Shown: positions 44,315 to 57,968 of the stretch, in pieces | Layout: each line of letters opens with the position of its first letter | Numbering within the stretch: the stretch's first letter is position 1 | Source: Eledone cirrhosa | Taxonomy: Eukaryota | Direction of reading: 5' to 3' | DNA: 64,000 bases | Assembly: GCA_964016885.1 (NCBI GenBank) | Contig: OZ024752.1 | Coordinates: forward strand, 5,332,001-5,396,000 | Translations under genes and position numbers: made by a program | Notes under the pieces: generated by a model | Databases searched by the model: none | The model's input: only the letters and a program-made list of their open reading frames with translations | Told to the model about the DNA's origin: nothing

Positions 44315-46130
44315 TGTCCTGACTCCTACACGACCACTTTACAGTGTGGGCTGGGTGCTTTTTCTCCTGACACCTACACGACCACTTTACAGTGGGAGTC
44401 GGGTGCTTTTTCTCCTGACACCTACACGACCACTTTACAGTGGGAGTCGGGTGCTTTTTGTCATGACACCTACACGACCACTTTACAGTGTGGGCTGGGT
44501 GCTTTTTGTCCTGACACCTACACGACCACTTTACAGTGTGTGCTGGGTGCTTTTTGTCATGACACCTACACGACCACTTTACAGTGTGTGCTGGGTGCTT
44601 TTTGTCATGACACCTACACGACCACTTTACAGTGTGGGCTGGGTGCTTTTTGTCATGACACCTACACGACCACTTTACAGTGTGGGCTGGGTGCTTTTTG
44701 TCCTGACACCTACACGACCACTTTACAGTGTGTGCTGGGTGCTTTTTGTCCTGACACCTACACGACCACTTTACAGTGTGTGCTGGGTGCTTTTTGTCCT
44801 GACACCTACACGACCACTTTACAGTGTGTGCTGGGTGCTTTTTGTCATGACACCTACACGACCACTTTACAGTGTGTGCTGGGTGCTTTTTGTCCTGACA
44901 CCTACACGACCACTTTACAGTGGGAGTCGGGTGCTTTTTGTCCTGACACCTACACAACCACTTTACAGTGTGGGCTGGGTGCTTTTTGTCATGACACCTA
45001 CACGACCACTTTACAGTGTGGGCTGGGTGCTTTTTGTCATGACACCTACACGACCACTTTACAGTGGGAGTTGGGTGCTTTTTGTCCTGACACCTACACG
45101 ACCACTTTACAGTGTGGGCTGGGTGCTTTTTGTCATGACACCTACACGACCACTTTACAGTGTGGGCTGGGTGCTTTTTGTCATGACACCTACACGACCA
45201 CTTTACAGTGGGAGTCGGGTGCTTTTTGTCCTGACACCTACACAACCACTTTACAGTGTGAGCTGGGTGCTTTTTGTCCTGACACCTACACGACCACTTT
45301 ACAGTGTGGGCTGGGTGCTTTTTGTCATGACACCTACACGACCACTTTACAGTGGGAGTTGGGTGCTTTTTGTCCTGACACCTACACAACCACTTTACAG
45401 TGTGGGCTGGGTGCTTTTTGTCATGACACCTACACGACCACTTTACAGTGTGGGCTGGGTGCTTTTTGTCATGACACCTACATGACCACTTTACAGTGTG
45501 GGCTGGGTGCTTTTTGTCATGACACCTACATGACCACTTTACAGTGGGAGTCGGGTGCTTTTTGTCATGACACCTACACGACCACTTTACAGTGGGAGTC
45601 GGGTGCTTTTTGTCATGACACCTACACGACCACTTTACAGTGTGGGCTGGGTGCTTTTTGTTGTGACACCTGCATGGCCACTTTACAGTGTGGGCTGGGT
45701 GCTTTTTGTTGTGACACCTACATGGCCACTTTGCAGTGCGGGCTGGGTGCTTTTTGTTGTGACATATACATGGCCACTTTACAGTGTGGGCTGGGTGCTT
45801 TTTGTTGTGACACCTACATGGCCACTTTACAGTGTGGGCTGGGTGCTTTTTGTTGTGACACCTACATGGCCACTTTACAGTGTGGGCTGGGTGCTTTTTG
45901 TTGTGACACCTACATGGCCACTTTACAGTGTGGGCTGGGTGCTTTTTGTCCTGACTCCTACATGACCACTTTACAGTGTGGGCTGGGTGCTTTTTGTCCT
46001 GACTCCTACATGACCACTTTACAGTGGGAGTTGGGTACTTGTTGCTGTGTCTCCTACTCGACCACTTTACAGTGTGTGCTGGGTACTTTTTGCTGTGTCT
46101 CCTGCACGACCACTTTACAGTGTGGACTGG
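44315..46130. repeat. 48-bp minisatellite, ~38 copies, from an RTE/SINE 3' UTR segment
   Basis: unit gacacctacacgaccactttacagtgtgggctgggtgctttttgtcat; matches the segment at 41600-41700. Confidence 0.96.
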
Positions 46131-46859
46131 TATTAGAAATTTATATCCCACATGAAGTATAAAATGATTAGTAAGTTGTAGGGTAAGGTGTACGCAATGT
46201 ATATTTCAAATATAAAATATAATAAATATGATAAAAATTAAAATCAAATACAACAAAATAGAATAAAATAAAATAAAAATCATGTAATGTAGGTTATAAA
46301 ATGTAAGAGCCAGCATCCAATATAAATACCTGATAAAACTAATATATAAAGGTAAAAACTTAGCACAAGATATATAAAGTCAAATTGAATCAGAAAGTAT
46401 CATGCAGGTGCATCAAACAATTTAGAGAGCCCGTCAAATATTTTGTTGATCCATATGGGTGGATGTAGCCATATATAGTCATGTCCAGACTTTGAGATAG
46501 ACTTAGTTTTAGTAAGTTACCTTGGCCTGGAGTGGTAGTTCCTCCAATATTGCGGTCAGGGCATTTGGTTCCGCATTACATCACAAAGCACTCAACTGCA
46601 ACAGGAGCTGTATTCCATTTGTGTTGTATAGTTTACCAATGGGTCAAATAGGTCATTCTGGTTAGTAAACTATGATGAAAAGCACTCTACGTTATGTAAC
46701 TCATCTATCATAGATGTTAAATGCCATGGCTGGTTCAGGAACAGAGTAAAATATTTATTTAAAACAACAGAAGGCCGGACTTGAAATATCCTTTTAAAAT
46801 TTTAATGTTGCAAAAAGCACTATACATATTTCAATGGTCACATTACATCATCTGATCAT

Positions 46860-47145
46860 GATGTACGACCTTAGTGACATCGTCAGGAATAGGAACATGA
46901 CATACATAGGTGAGCCTGTAGCATAGAAGAAATGAGAAATGAACACTGGTGTGAACTTCAAGGTGAGAAAAACTCATCAGTACTCCACCAACATGCCAGA
47001 ATAGAACATGGCGCTCACTAGAGAACATCAAGATAAAAATTATATCTACACACAGAACAAACACAATGCTCAAACAGATTACTGGAGTGACAAACATGAA
47101 CGAACTCTGACCAAAACTAAATTGAAAACATGAATGGAATAGCAA
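46860..47145 (+). mobile_element. Old PLE GIY-YIG endonuclease remnant
   Basis: MYDL..TYIGE, SSVLHQHARIEHG, IKIKIIS..LKQI..PKLN*KHEWN with stops and frameshifts. Confidence 0.7.
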
Positions 47146-47504
47146 CAACCTCACAATTGAAAAACTAAGGATAATATAAAAACATACAGAGACACACAAA
47201 AACTAAACCAAGATAAACCAGACACCCACAAATAGAACAAGTAACCAACTAGTAAGAAGTAGCACAGAGAGAAAATAAATAGATAAACATATAAATAAAC
47301 AAATAAATATATTTTTAAAACTATTAAAAAAACACTCACTCACACACAAACCCGGATATAATGCATCCACAGCCCAAGTACACAGCTCTCAAAAACAAGA
47401 TGGTGTAAGACAGATCAAAGGAGAGACGCAAAATAACAAAAGCAGTTACAGAATGTGTAACAAAAGAGCTTTCAAGACAATCAACAACTAAACAGTGTTG
47501 GGCA

Positions 47505-48070
47505 AGTAGATTTTATTGTGACACCATCACTAATACTTTCCATTAGATTTTATTGTGACACACACCATCATTAATACTTTACAGTAGATTTTATTGCGAC
47601 ACCATCACTAATACTTTCCAGTAGATTTTATTGTGACACCATCATTAATACTTTCCACTAGATTTTATTGTGGCACCATCACTACCACTTTACAGTAGAT
47701 TTTATTGTGATACCAGCACTACCACTTTACAGTAGATTTTATTGACACCATTACTACCACTTTACAGTGTGGACTGAGTACATTTTACTGTGACACCATC
47801 ACTACCACTTTACAGTGTGGACTGAGTACATTTTACAGTGTGGACTGAGTACATTTTACTGTGACACCAGCATTACCACTTTACAGTATGGACTGAGTAC
47901 ATTTTACTGTGACACCAGCACTACCACTTTACAGTGTGGACTGAGTACATTTTACTGTGACACCAGCACTACCACTTTAGAGTGTGGACTGAGTACATTT
48001 TACTGTGACACCAGCACTACCACTTTACAGTGTGGACTGAGTACATTTTACTATGACACCAGCACTACCA
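47505..48070. repeat. Degenerate 33/48-bp minisatellite related to the 44315 array
   Basis: gacaccagcactaccactttacagtgtggactgagtacattttactgt. Confidence 0.85.
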
Positions 48071-48201
48071 TTTTCCAGATGAGAGTGCATGTTGTGTCCT
48101 TGGCTAGGATGAAGAGTTTGTGATAGGGCTGGGAGAGGTGCAAGAATAAAGAGCCTCATGTTTCTTGCTGAAGGTGGAGGGAGGTGTAAAGGTAGCCTTA
48201 A

Positions 48202-48420
48202 CCCTTTAGCCTTTATACCGATCATATCTGGCCAGAATTCTCTCACCTCTTTCTGTTAAAACCAGTCGTAACAGGCCACTCATACTGATATCAAGGTATT
48301 GTTCTCAAAATAAATCTCAAAATCTCATAGATTCAATATTATGTGAGATAACTACATGAGGTAAAGCCTTTACCACAAAATTATAATAGTAAATATAGGA
48401 GCAATGTAAATGCTAAAGGG
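48202..48420. mobile_element. piggyBac-like MITE
   Basis: TTAA-ccctttagc ... gctaaaggg-TTAA. Confidence 0.82.
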
Positions 48421-49430
48421 TTAAGAGTGATGTCTGACAGTGCATTGTGGAGTGAGTACATATGCCTCTCCATGCTGGCATAGTTGAACTAAAAACTGAG
48501 GATCAAGGAGGATGGGATTACTAAGGTGGCAGAGAAAGAGTTTGAGAAGAGGGGGAAAGACAGGGAGGTTTGGTAGTGACCTAGGGGGAGAGATGGAGGG
48601 GGAATATTGGTAGTGGGGAGAGGTATGTATGTACCATTGAGTGAGAATGTGAAGAAATGACATTTGACAGTACACTGTGTCAGGGAAGTACATCCATCTT
48701 TCCCTGCTGGCGTGGATTGAACAAGAAAGGAGGAATCAAAGTTGTGGGATGAGTGGGAAGACTCAGGTGGTGAAATGGAATGTGTGTGTGTGGGGGGGGG
48801 GGGGGGATAAGATTATATGTGATGGGGATAGCTAGGTGGATGAGGTATGGAAATGTCAAGGACATATTTAGCAGGTGGGTAGAGATCTAAATATTGTACC
48901 TTCTGCTATTATGAGGGCCAGCAGAAAAATTCATTGTCTGACCAAGATACTCTCATAGAATGACCAAATGAGGTTAATTTTCCAACATATTCCATGGAAA
49001 GAAATAATGCAGTTGTGAATAAGAAAAGTTGAAATTAATGCATGCAAGATTTCACAGCTCTAGCACCATTCCTTTATAGTCAGCCTACGTTTGTACCACC
49101 ACTCTCTCCTTACACGTTCTATCCTGTTCATGTGGGAAGTTAAGTCTTCTGCAGCATCACATATTTCCAGATAACTTGATCCTGTGTCATATCCTTCATA
49201 AGGTTCAGCTTTGTGAGGTCAGCCATTACCATTTCATCCCAAATTTTCTTTAGTCTAATTCTTCTATATTTTCCCTGCACTATTTTATTCAGCTCTCTTT
49301 CAGATGTACCACACACCCATACCAGCAATATGAGTTGTGTCTCATTGAATATAAACAACTCTGATTTTATAATATTTTATGTCCACTGAGGTATTTCTTG
49401 GTCATTCTGACTTTATTCACAACGCCAACA

Positions 49431-50296
49431 TATGAGGCTTATCACAAAACTATTGGTTTTTATATGTATAACACGGTAATACAGCTCGTCGGTTATGTAT
49501 ATATGTGTGTTGGTTATGACCTTGGCTACACATGCATACTTGTTTCAACATGATTAATTAAACCAATCAGGAATTATTGATGTTTATGTACAGATGTGTT
49601 TATAATGTCTGTTACGTTTGCGATGCAAGAAAAAAATCAAATAATAGAACGCAATCAAATTTTATGTGAAACTCAACAAATCTTCCATTGAAACATATAA
49701 TTCTTTAACACAAGATTATGAAGATGCCACTCTATTGGAAAGTAAGGTTTTTAAGAGGTACAAAGCTTTCAAACAGGGCCAGGAAAATGTTGAAGACTGA
49801 TCTCATTCTGGAAGGTCAATCTCGTCAACAAATGAACACAATGTAGAAGTAGTATGAGGGGTGATGAGGAAAGATTGCTGATTATGTGCTTGGATAAAAA
49901 TGGAGTTCACAGAATTTTAACACACCATTTGCACATGTGAAAAATTTGTGCAAAAGTAGTGCCCAAACACAGCATTTTCAATTTGAGAATTTCTAGCAAA
50001 GAAAAACATTCCCACTATTCCACATCTTTACAACAGCTCAGATTGAGCTCTGTGTGGTTTCTACCTCTTTCCTAAGTTGAAATTGCAGCTAAAGGGTCAT
50101 CATTTTGGGACTGTTGAAAAAAAATTGAAACTGATGAGCTAAGGACACTCACAGAAAATTACTTCCAGGCTGCTATGATCAACGGAATAAATATTAGAAC
50201 TACTGTATTTTGAAGGAGCTAACTTGTAATTTCATATATGTCTAATACACATTTAAATGAAACATCAGTACCTTTACATTTGGGACAAACATCATA
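49431..50296 (+). mobile_element. Decayed mariner transposon
   Basis: NAIKFYVKLNKSSIETY..KAFKQGQENVED*SHSGR (HTH region); degenerate YSPDLAPCDF region followed by LFPKLKLQLKGHHF. Confidence 0.85.
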
Positions 50297-51149
50297 TATA
50301 ATATTCTCATCTATTCCAAGTTACTTGTAGCATTCACCACTGGAGATAGGTGAAATAGACAGGCCATTGACATACATAGTCTCCTCTTGACAATTTACCA
50401 CAGTTTACTACCAAATCTATTGTACTTCTGTTATTATGACCTGTGAGATGCTGTGACCTGATGTAATTTTCTCTTGGTACTTAAGGACATCATGAAAAAT
50501 ATATAAGTGATATTAACCTTTCTGTCTTCTATACTGACAAGCATGTAACAGGGCTAACAATAGAGTCACAGTCAGCACAAATATTATTACAGACAAGCTG
50601 TCACCATGAAATATTCCTGTCAATACACCAATTCTGTCTGTGACTAAAACTGAAGTAGTTTTTCAATACAGCTGAGTGGACATATAACAGTCAGTTTTTG
50701 AATGACTTCAGCTATGGTCATGGAAATTTAACAAGGCATAGTGACTCTAGTATCCATGAGTGGCAGTCAGACACCTTCATATAGTCCAGACATAAATCAA
50801 TTATTATTTTTTAACGTGATATAGATATCAAAGTATTAGGAGTGAAAATATTGAGCATATTACATAGAAAGTTATTCATTAAGGTAATTCAGGTGTAAAA
50901 AATACCAAGCAAAAAGGTATTACAGGAGATAGATAAAAGATATCATAGCATTGAAAGATGTAATAGTAAGGGTATATGATGGAAAATATTAATAAAGGCA
51001 TACATGAGGTAAGAGTTAGATAATGAATATATCAAGCATATTTCATACAGAATGTTAAAGAGTGTTAAAAGTGTTAAAAATGGAATGCATTATGGTAAAG
51101 AAATACGTAATGATATGATGAATAAATGTTGTGTAATGCAAAATATAAA

Positions 51150-51340
51150 TAGTTGTTTCTACTTTTGGCACAAGGCCAGCAATTATCGCAGTGTATTACT
51201 GGTACTTTATTTTATCGACCCCCGTAAAAATAAAAGACAAAGTTAACCTCGACGGGATTTTAACTCAGACCGTAAAGGGACGTAACTATGCTGGAAAGCA
51301 TGGCGTCCGACCTTCTACCGATACTGCTAATTCACCGCCC
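51150..51340 (-). mobile_element. SINE (Meta-like)
   Basis: Similar to 19200-19385. Confidence 0.8.
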
Positions 51341-51779
51341 TTTATGCAAAATATAAATAGTATAAGTAAATAAGATAAATAACCTATATATATATGAGAA
51401 ATGGCAATTTCCTAGCCTCTGTTATCCTAAACACGGCTATTCTTTATGAGCGATTTTTCCGTTACGAATATATGCCGTACACAACACACATATATATCTT
51501 AACAGCTATATAAATACAAACAGACATCAGTACATATATCTATATATATATATAAACATCAAAAGAAGAAAATTGACAATTTATCCCTTATCTTCTCTAT
51601 GCCAAATATTGAGACTAATGTAAAAATATATGTATATATATATGTATATATATATGTTTATATATATGTATATCTCTATGTATATATATATATATATATA
51701 TACATATATATAGCATAAATGTTGGGAGGTCATTAGGAGAGCATTCTGTGCCTCTATATAGTTGGTCAATGGAAGTTAA

Positions 51780-54120
51780 AGCTAGTCAGCTAACTTTCCT
51801 CTGACTATGTCTAAGTGACCAAAGCAAAATATCACAAACAAATCTTGCTTTGCTCACCAGCCTTGTCCTGCAAATCTTATTCTTTGTTCTTGCAGATATA
51901 TCAGGGATGGGACCATAGAGCTGTTGTTTAGTAGGATGCTGTGTCCACAGATATATCAGGGATGGGACCATAGAGCAGTTGTTTAGTAGGATGCTGTGTC
52001 CACAGATATATCAGGGATGGGACCATAGAGCAGTTGTTTAGTAGGATGCTGTGTCCACAGATATATCAGGGATGGGACCAATAGAGCAGTTGTTTAGTAG
52101 GATGCTGTGTCCACAGATATATCAGGGATGGGACCATAGAGCAGTTGTTTAATAGGATGCTGTGTCCACAGATATATCAGGGATGGGACCAATAGAGCAG
52201 TTGTTTAATAGGATGCTGTGTCCACAGATATATCAGGGATGGGACCAATAGAGCAGTTGTTTAATAGGATGCTGTGTCCACAGATATATCAGGGATGGGA
52301 CCAATAGAGCAGTTGTTTAATAGGATGCTGTGTCCACAGATATATCAGGGATGGGACCATAGAGCAGTTGTTTAGTAGGATGCTGTGTCCACAGATATAT
52401 CAGGGATGGGACCATAGAGCAGTTGTTTAGTAGGATGCTGTGTCCACAGATATATCAGGGATGGGACCAATAGAGCAGTTGTTTAGTAGGATGTTGTGTC
52501 CACAGATATATCAGGGATGGGACCAATAGAGCAGTTGTTTAGTAGGATGCTGTGTCCACAGATATATCAGGGATGGGACCATAGAGCAGTTGTTTAGTAG
52601 GATGCTGTGTCCACAGATATATCAGGGATGGGACCATAGAGCAGTTGTTTAGTAGGATGCTGTGTCCCCAGATATATCAGGGAGAGGACCATAGAGCAGT
52701 TGTTTAGTAGGATGCTGTGTCCACAGATATATCAGGGATGGGACCATAGAGCAGTTGTTTAGTAGGATGTTGTGTCCACAGATATATCAGGGATGGGACC
52801 AATAGAGCAGTTGTTAAGTAGGATGCTGTGTCCACAGATATATCAGGGATGGGACCATAGAGCAGTTGTTTAGTAGGATGCTGTGTCCACAGATATATCA
52901 GGGATGGGACCAATAGAACAGTTGTTTAGTAGGATGCTGTGTCCACAGATATATCAGGGATGGGACCATAGAGCAGTTGTTTAGTAGGATGCTGTGTCCA
53001 CAGATATATCAGGGATGGGACCATAGAGCAGTTGTTTAGTAGGATGCTGTGTCCACAGATATATCAGGGATGGGACCAATAGAGCAGTTGTTTAATAGGA
53101 TGCTGTGTCCACAGATATATCAGGGATGGGACCATAGAGCAGTTGTTAAGTAGGATGCTGTGTCCACAGATATATCAGGGATGGGACCATAGAGCAGTTG
53201 TTTAGTAGGATGCTGTGTCCACAGATATATCAGGGATGGGACCAATAGAGCAGTTTAGTAGGATGCTGTGTCCACAGATATATCAGGGATGGGACCAATA
53301 GAACAGTTGTTTAGTAGGATGCTGTGTCCACAGATATATCAGGGATGGGACCATAGAGCAGTTGTTTAGTAGGATGCTGTGTCCACAGATAAATCAGGGA
53401 TGGCACCAATAGAGCAGTTGTTTAATAGGATGCTATGTCCACAGATATATCAGGCATGGGACCATAGAGCAGTTGTTTAGTAGGATGCTGTGTCCACAGA
53501 TATATCAGGGATGGGACCAATAGAGCAGTTGTTTAGTAGGATGCTGTGTCCACAGATATATCAGGGATGGGACCATAGAGCAGTTGTTTAGTAGGATGCT
53601 GTGTCCACAGATATATCAGGGATGGGACCAATAGAGCAGTTGTTTAGTAGGATGCTGTGTCCACAGATATATCAGGGATGGGACCATAGAGCAGTTGATT
53701 AATAGGATGTTGTCCATGAGATATTAAGTACAGCCCTTAGTATCTGTGTATAAGTTCCATCAAGCTTTGATTCTCATTTTGTGTTCAGTGTCCAAGGAAT
53801 GGCACCATGTATCAAAACCAATTCTACAGTGGCGCAGAAGCTGCTGCATTTTAGGTTGTCTGGATTATGTCCATCTTGTTAAGTGCGGTCCATACATTAG
53901 CTATTCTGATCATATCCTTTTCAGTTGAATTGATTTCACTACCAAGATATGTGAAGATCTCAACAGATTTAATAGATTCTCCAGTGAGTGTTTCAATAGA
54001 GTCCAACGTCATTTGCTGCTTTCTCAAGATAATGAGGCAAGGATTATGCATTTGCCATCTTGTCAGCAATTGCAGATAAATCATCTGCATAATCAGCATC
54101 AGTCAATTTTTTTGCAGCTC
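51780..54120 (-). mobile_element. Decayed RTE LINE fragment with an internal 55-bp tandem array
   Basis: YADD-region remnant, FTYLGSEI, VWTALNKM upstream of the array; array unit encodes WTQHPTKQLLYGPIPDIS. Confidence 0.82.
51893..53715. repeat. 55/56-bp minisatellite, ~33 copies
   Basis: unit cagatatatcagggatgggaccatagagcagttgtttagtaggatgctgtgtcca. Confidence 0.96.
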
Positions 54121-54204
54121 ATCAAGTATTTTAATATTAAGTGTTAATTATATATGTACACGTATATACCTGAGCAAGCAGGATACATGTTGTATATATA
54201 TGTA

Positions 54205-54593
54205 CTATTGACAAAGTGCTATGCAAGAGACTTGACAGATGTTACACGAGGATGCTGAGAATGGCTCTCAACATTTCTTGGAAACAGAAGCTGACAAATA
54301 AAGAAATATACAGATCACTACCACCAGTCTCAAAAAAGGTTGCCTGCTGATGAATGAAATAGGCTGGGCACTGCATCTGTCATCAAGAAGAGACAGCATC
54401 ACAACTTGTGCTCTGGAAACTGGCAGTCGGGCGAAGAAGTGTGGGAAGACAGGCTGTTTCATTCATTGATACCCTGCTGAGAGATGCCGACATTGATAAC
54501 ATCGAAGAACTGAGAAATGTCATGCTCGACCAGGACGATTGGAGAAAGTGTGCTGAATCTTTATGAGTGTAAACTCGGCTGAGGAAGAAGAAG
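54205..54593 (+). mobile_element. RTE LINE 3' remnant
   Basis: LDRCYTRMLRMALNISWKQKLTNKEIY, AGHC, DQDDWRK; (GAA)n tail. Confidence 0.82.
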
Positions 54594-56396
54594 ATATATG
54601 CAATAGAACAGAATAAAAGAACTAGAACTTGAAAAGAGTAGGACCATACCATACCAACTGCTTCATCTCATCCTTGAGTGCTTCCTTGAGTAAGGATACT
54701 TAACATAATCAACAAATAGATATATCTTATTATCACATGAAAAGGGTTGGTGCCTCTGGCTGTAAAAGATGACCTCAAAAAGGAGCCTTGACTCTAAGGT
54801 TCAGTGTTTGACAATTCAAAAAGTAAATTGATTTGTACGAAAAAAAAAAAAATGAGAAAAGAAGAAAAAGCAAAATCAAAACTTTAAATAACTCAAACAA
54901 TTAGATTAACTATTTCTCAGCCAATGACATATCTCATTTATGTAGCACCAAAAATTACTGGAAGCCCATAGATCAACTTATCAATCCTTCCTCTTTATAT
55001 TCAATACTGGTATCACTGAAATACTAAAAATTGTTTTTATTCTTTGAAGAATTGTTGATTAACACTGTATAGTGAGAGGATGTTTGTGGAAGACCAGCTG
55101 TCCCCCATGCATACCAGTCACCCCTCTCCCCACCACCAATGTTGTCCAACTCATTTCTACAGCTGTGTATGTTTGTAATCGAAAGCCACTTAGGTAGCTG
55201 AAATTCTGCACGGGGGGTACAGATTATATGACATCATCTGGCCATAAAAAATGACCTTGAAAAGTACCCCGTGACTCTAAGTTTCAGGGCTTGACAATTC
55301 AAAAAGTAAAATGATTTGTACAAAAAAGGAGAAAAGAAGAAAAAGTAAAATCAAAACTTTAAATAACTCCAATAATTCAATCTCATGACTGAATTAGAAC
55401 ATTGTAAATATAGTGGGTGCTGAAATGTAGTTTATTCAAAACTTGTATATCTTTTATATAGAAGTTAAAATTACTTCACTAGTGTTGAAATTAACTATGA
55501 GATTTGCTAGGATATATAATCATGTCATTTCTTTCAATGTCAATTAATCTACTTAAGTCAAAGTATGTGGAAATGCAACAAAACAATGCCCTACTGTTAA
55601 TAGATGTTAAGATGATTAATATTAAAGGATGGACTTTCAGCTCGTCTCTATTTAGCCACGTCCTGTTTATCATATATTTATCTTCCATATTAATTCAGGA
55701 AAAAGAAACACAATGACTAAAGTTGATTTTTTAATAATTTATTTCTAAATTACAATAAAAAAATAAGCAAAAAGATTAACAATTATATTGTATAACTACC
55801 AACCAGAACTTAGTTAAGGTAGCTAATGATAAATTGAAATGAAATAATGGTACAAAGATGAGATATTCATAGTTTTTAAGCTAATTTTTAAAGTCAAATT
55901 TTCTCTTTTAATATTTTACATTTTCCAGCCAAAAGGCTGTGGCCATGCTGGGGCACCACCATTATTGACTTTACTGTTTAAAAATGAAGCGTGTGTGTGT
56001 GTCTGCATATATATGTCACCATCATCATCGTTTGGCATCCGATTTCCCTGCTAGAAATAACCTTTTATTCTCCTTTGTATCTCATCCTAATTGTGTACAC
56101 ACACAGTATAAAAATACATGCAAAAATGTTTTTTTTAATGTAATCTTTGATAAATCCTCATTAAATGTTTCTTTAATCTTTGTTTTATTTTTCCACATCT
56201 ATTTAGAAATATTACACAATAGTTGAGTAATTTTCAGAAAAACTGTTTTATTTAAAAAAAAAATGAATGAAATAAAAGTGATTTAATAAATGAAGTTTAA
56301 AAATAATTTTTAATAGTTTTAATATTAGTATAATTCAGACTTAAATCAAAGGTTGTCAACCTTTAAATGTTCTGATCAAAATATTTGGATCTGTAG

Positions 56397-56538
56397 CTAA
56401 ATCAAATCTGCAGTCTGTTGCTCAACAGTAAGAGGTTTCTGTGGAAGTGTATACCAAATATTGTCTTCAGCACCAAAAATAGTTGAAGTTACATGTTCCA
56501 AGTCACCATTTATATGTGAATTCAGAGCAATTTCATCC
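56397..56538 (-). CDS. Putative last coding exon of an unidentified host gene (DEIALNSHINGDLEHVTSTIFGAEDNIWYTLPQKPLTVEQQTADLI*)
   Basis: acceptor ttttatttaaag; open frame to TAG; phase 2 matches the exon at 58807-58838. Confidence 0.65.
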
Positions 56539-56849
56539 CTTTAAATAAAATATTAAAAAGAGTAGACATTTCAAATATTGGCTATTTTCAATATTTTTGT
56601 CACCCACCAGTTGTATGAATAACATTACAAATTGTTTATAATTCTTTACAAAATGAAAATATAAATAAATACAATTAATATACAAAGCATATAAATAAAT
56701 TTACAGTAGAATAACATAACAAATATGTTTTAAATATATACATGAATAACACTACAAATGCTTAAATAACATTATAAATTGCTTGCAATTCTTTCAGAAG
56801 GATATATTCCTTTAATGTCGCAATATTAAAGAAAATGTAAAGGAAGGGG

Positions 56850-57480
56850 TGAACAACCGAGCCAACACTAGAGCAAAAGACAGCAGCGTTGCGAGGAGTA
56901 CCGGGAAACCTCTCTAATGATTTCTGAGGCAAGCCAGCACCCTCGCAGTGTTGCCTCGGGTGATGGTGAGGTTGATGCACTGGAACAACCAAGCGCCCTC
57001 GCAAGAATCACAAGAGAAATCGGAATGTAAGTTTAATGTTAGAACCATTGCTGCCTCTTTTACTGACTCACTCCCTCCACCAAATTCCAATGCTGGCCCT
57101 CTACTGCTGGCTGCTGCCAACCCATCACCTCACTGCACTCTCTGTGCCCGCACTAGCCGGTACTTAAAGACTATCAAACGTCACCTATGCCACGTAAGCT
57201 ACTACAGAAGCTGTGTCGGCATCACCAAGGCTCAAGCCGAAAGGCTTCAATACTGGACCCGTGATCGGTGCCACTTCAGCTACGACGTATTCTGTGGAGA
57301 TGCCCCACCCCTCCAGGGTTTCTCCAAATCAAAGCTCATCAACTGGGTCCCTGAGGGAGCACGGAATAGCTTTGCACATGCCCTCTCTCCTTATTGGTTG
57401 GTGATGCCGGACTCAAGCTCTTGGAGTGTCTGACTCAGTTTGCGAATCAGTTCTCTTTAGTGAACCTTCTCCTCTATATC
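56850..57480. mobile_element. Rearranged CRE-like non-LTR retrotransposon remnant
   Basis: minus: WLFQCINLTITRGNTARVL (QRLSIAIQRGNAA-like C-terminus); plus: CTLC..H..H and LINWVPEGARNSFAHALS. Confidence 0.5.
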
Positions 57481-57749
57481 CGCCCACTGTTCTTCAAGGC
57501 AGGGGAACTCGAGAGATTGCCCACGCATAGACTTGTTTATGCTAAAAAGGAGGTAACCCAGAATTTGACTGTTAAATGTCACCTAGAGGTCAAGGTGGGG
57601 ACAGATTTCGCTACATATGTGTACATACTTCGTGTAAAAGTATATATGGTAATTTTACTTCAATTCCTTTAACAGTTAAGAGCAGCGTTATTGGGTTTTT
57701 TTTCCCAAGTATTTGTGCTGAATATTCAATTAATAATAAATAATTCATA

Positions 57750-57968
57750 GTAATTTTATACCACACCACCTCAGTAACTATAGAATACCAAGTAATTTCA
57801 TATTATATCACCTCAGTAACTATAGTTTACCAAGTAATTTCATACTACACCACCTCAGTAACTATAGTATACCAATTAATTTTATACCATACCATCTCAG
57901 TAACTATAATATACCAAGTAATTTTATACTATACCAACTCAGTAACAATAGTTTACCAAGTAATTTCA
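57750..57968. repeat. ~41-bp degenerate tandem repeat x5
   Basis: cacctcagtaactatagtataccaagtaattt units. Confidence 0.85.

Noticed and set aside
44253-46162. 410-623 aa repeat ORFs
   Set aside because: 48-bp TE-derived minisatellite open in several frames on both strands; no gene context
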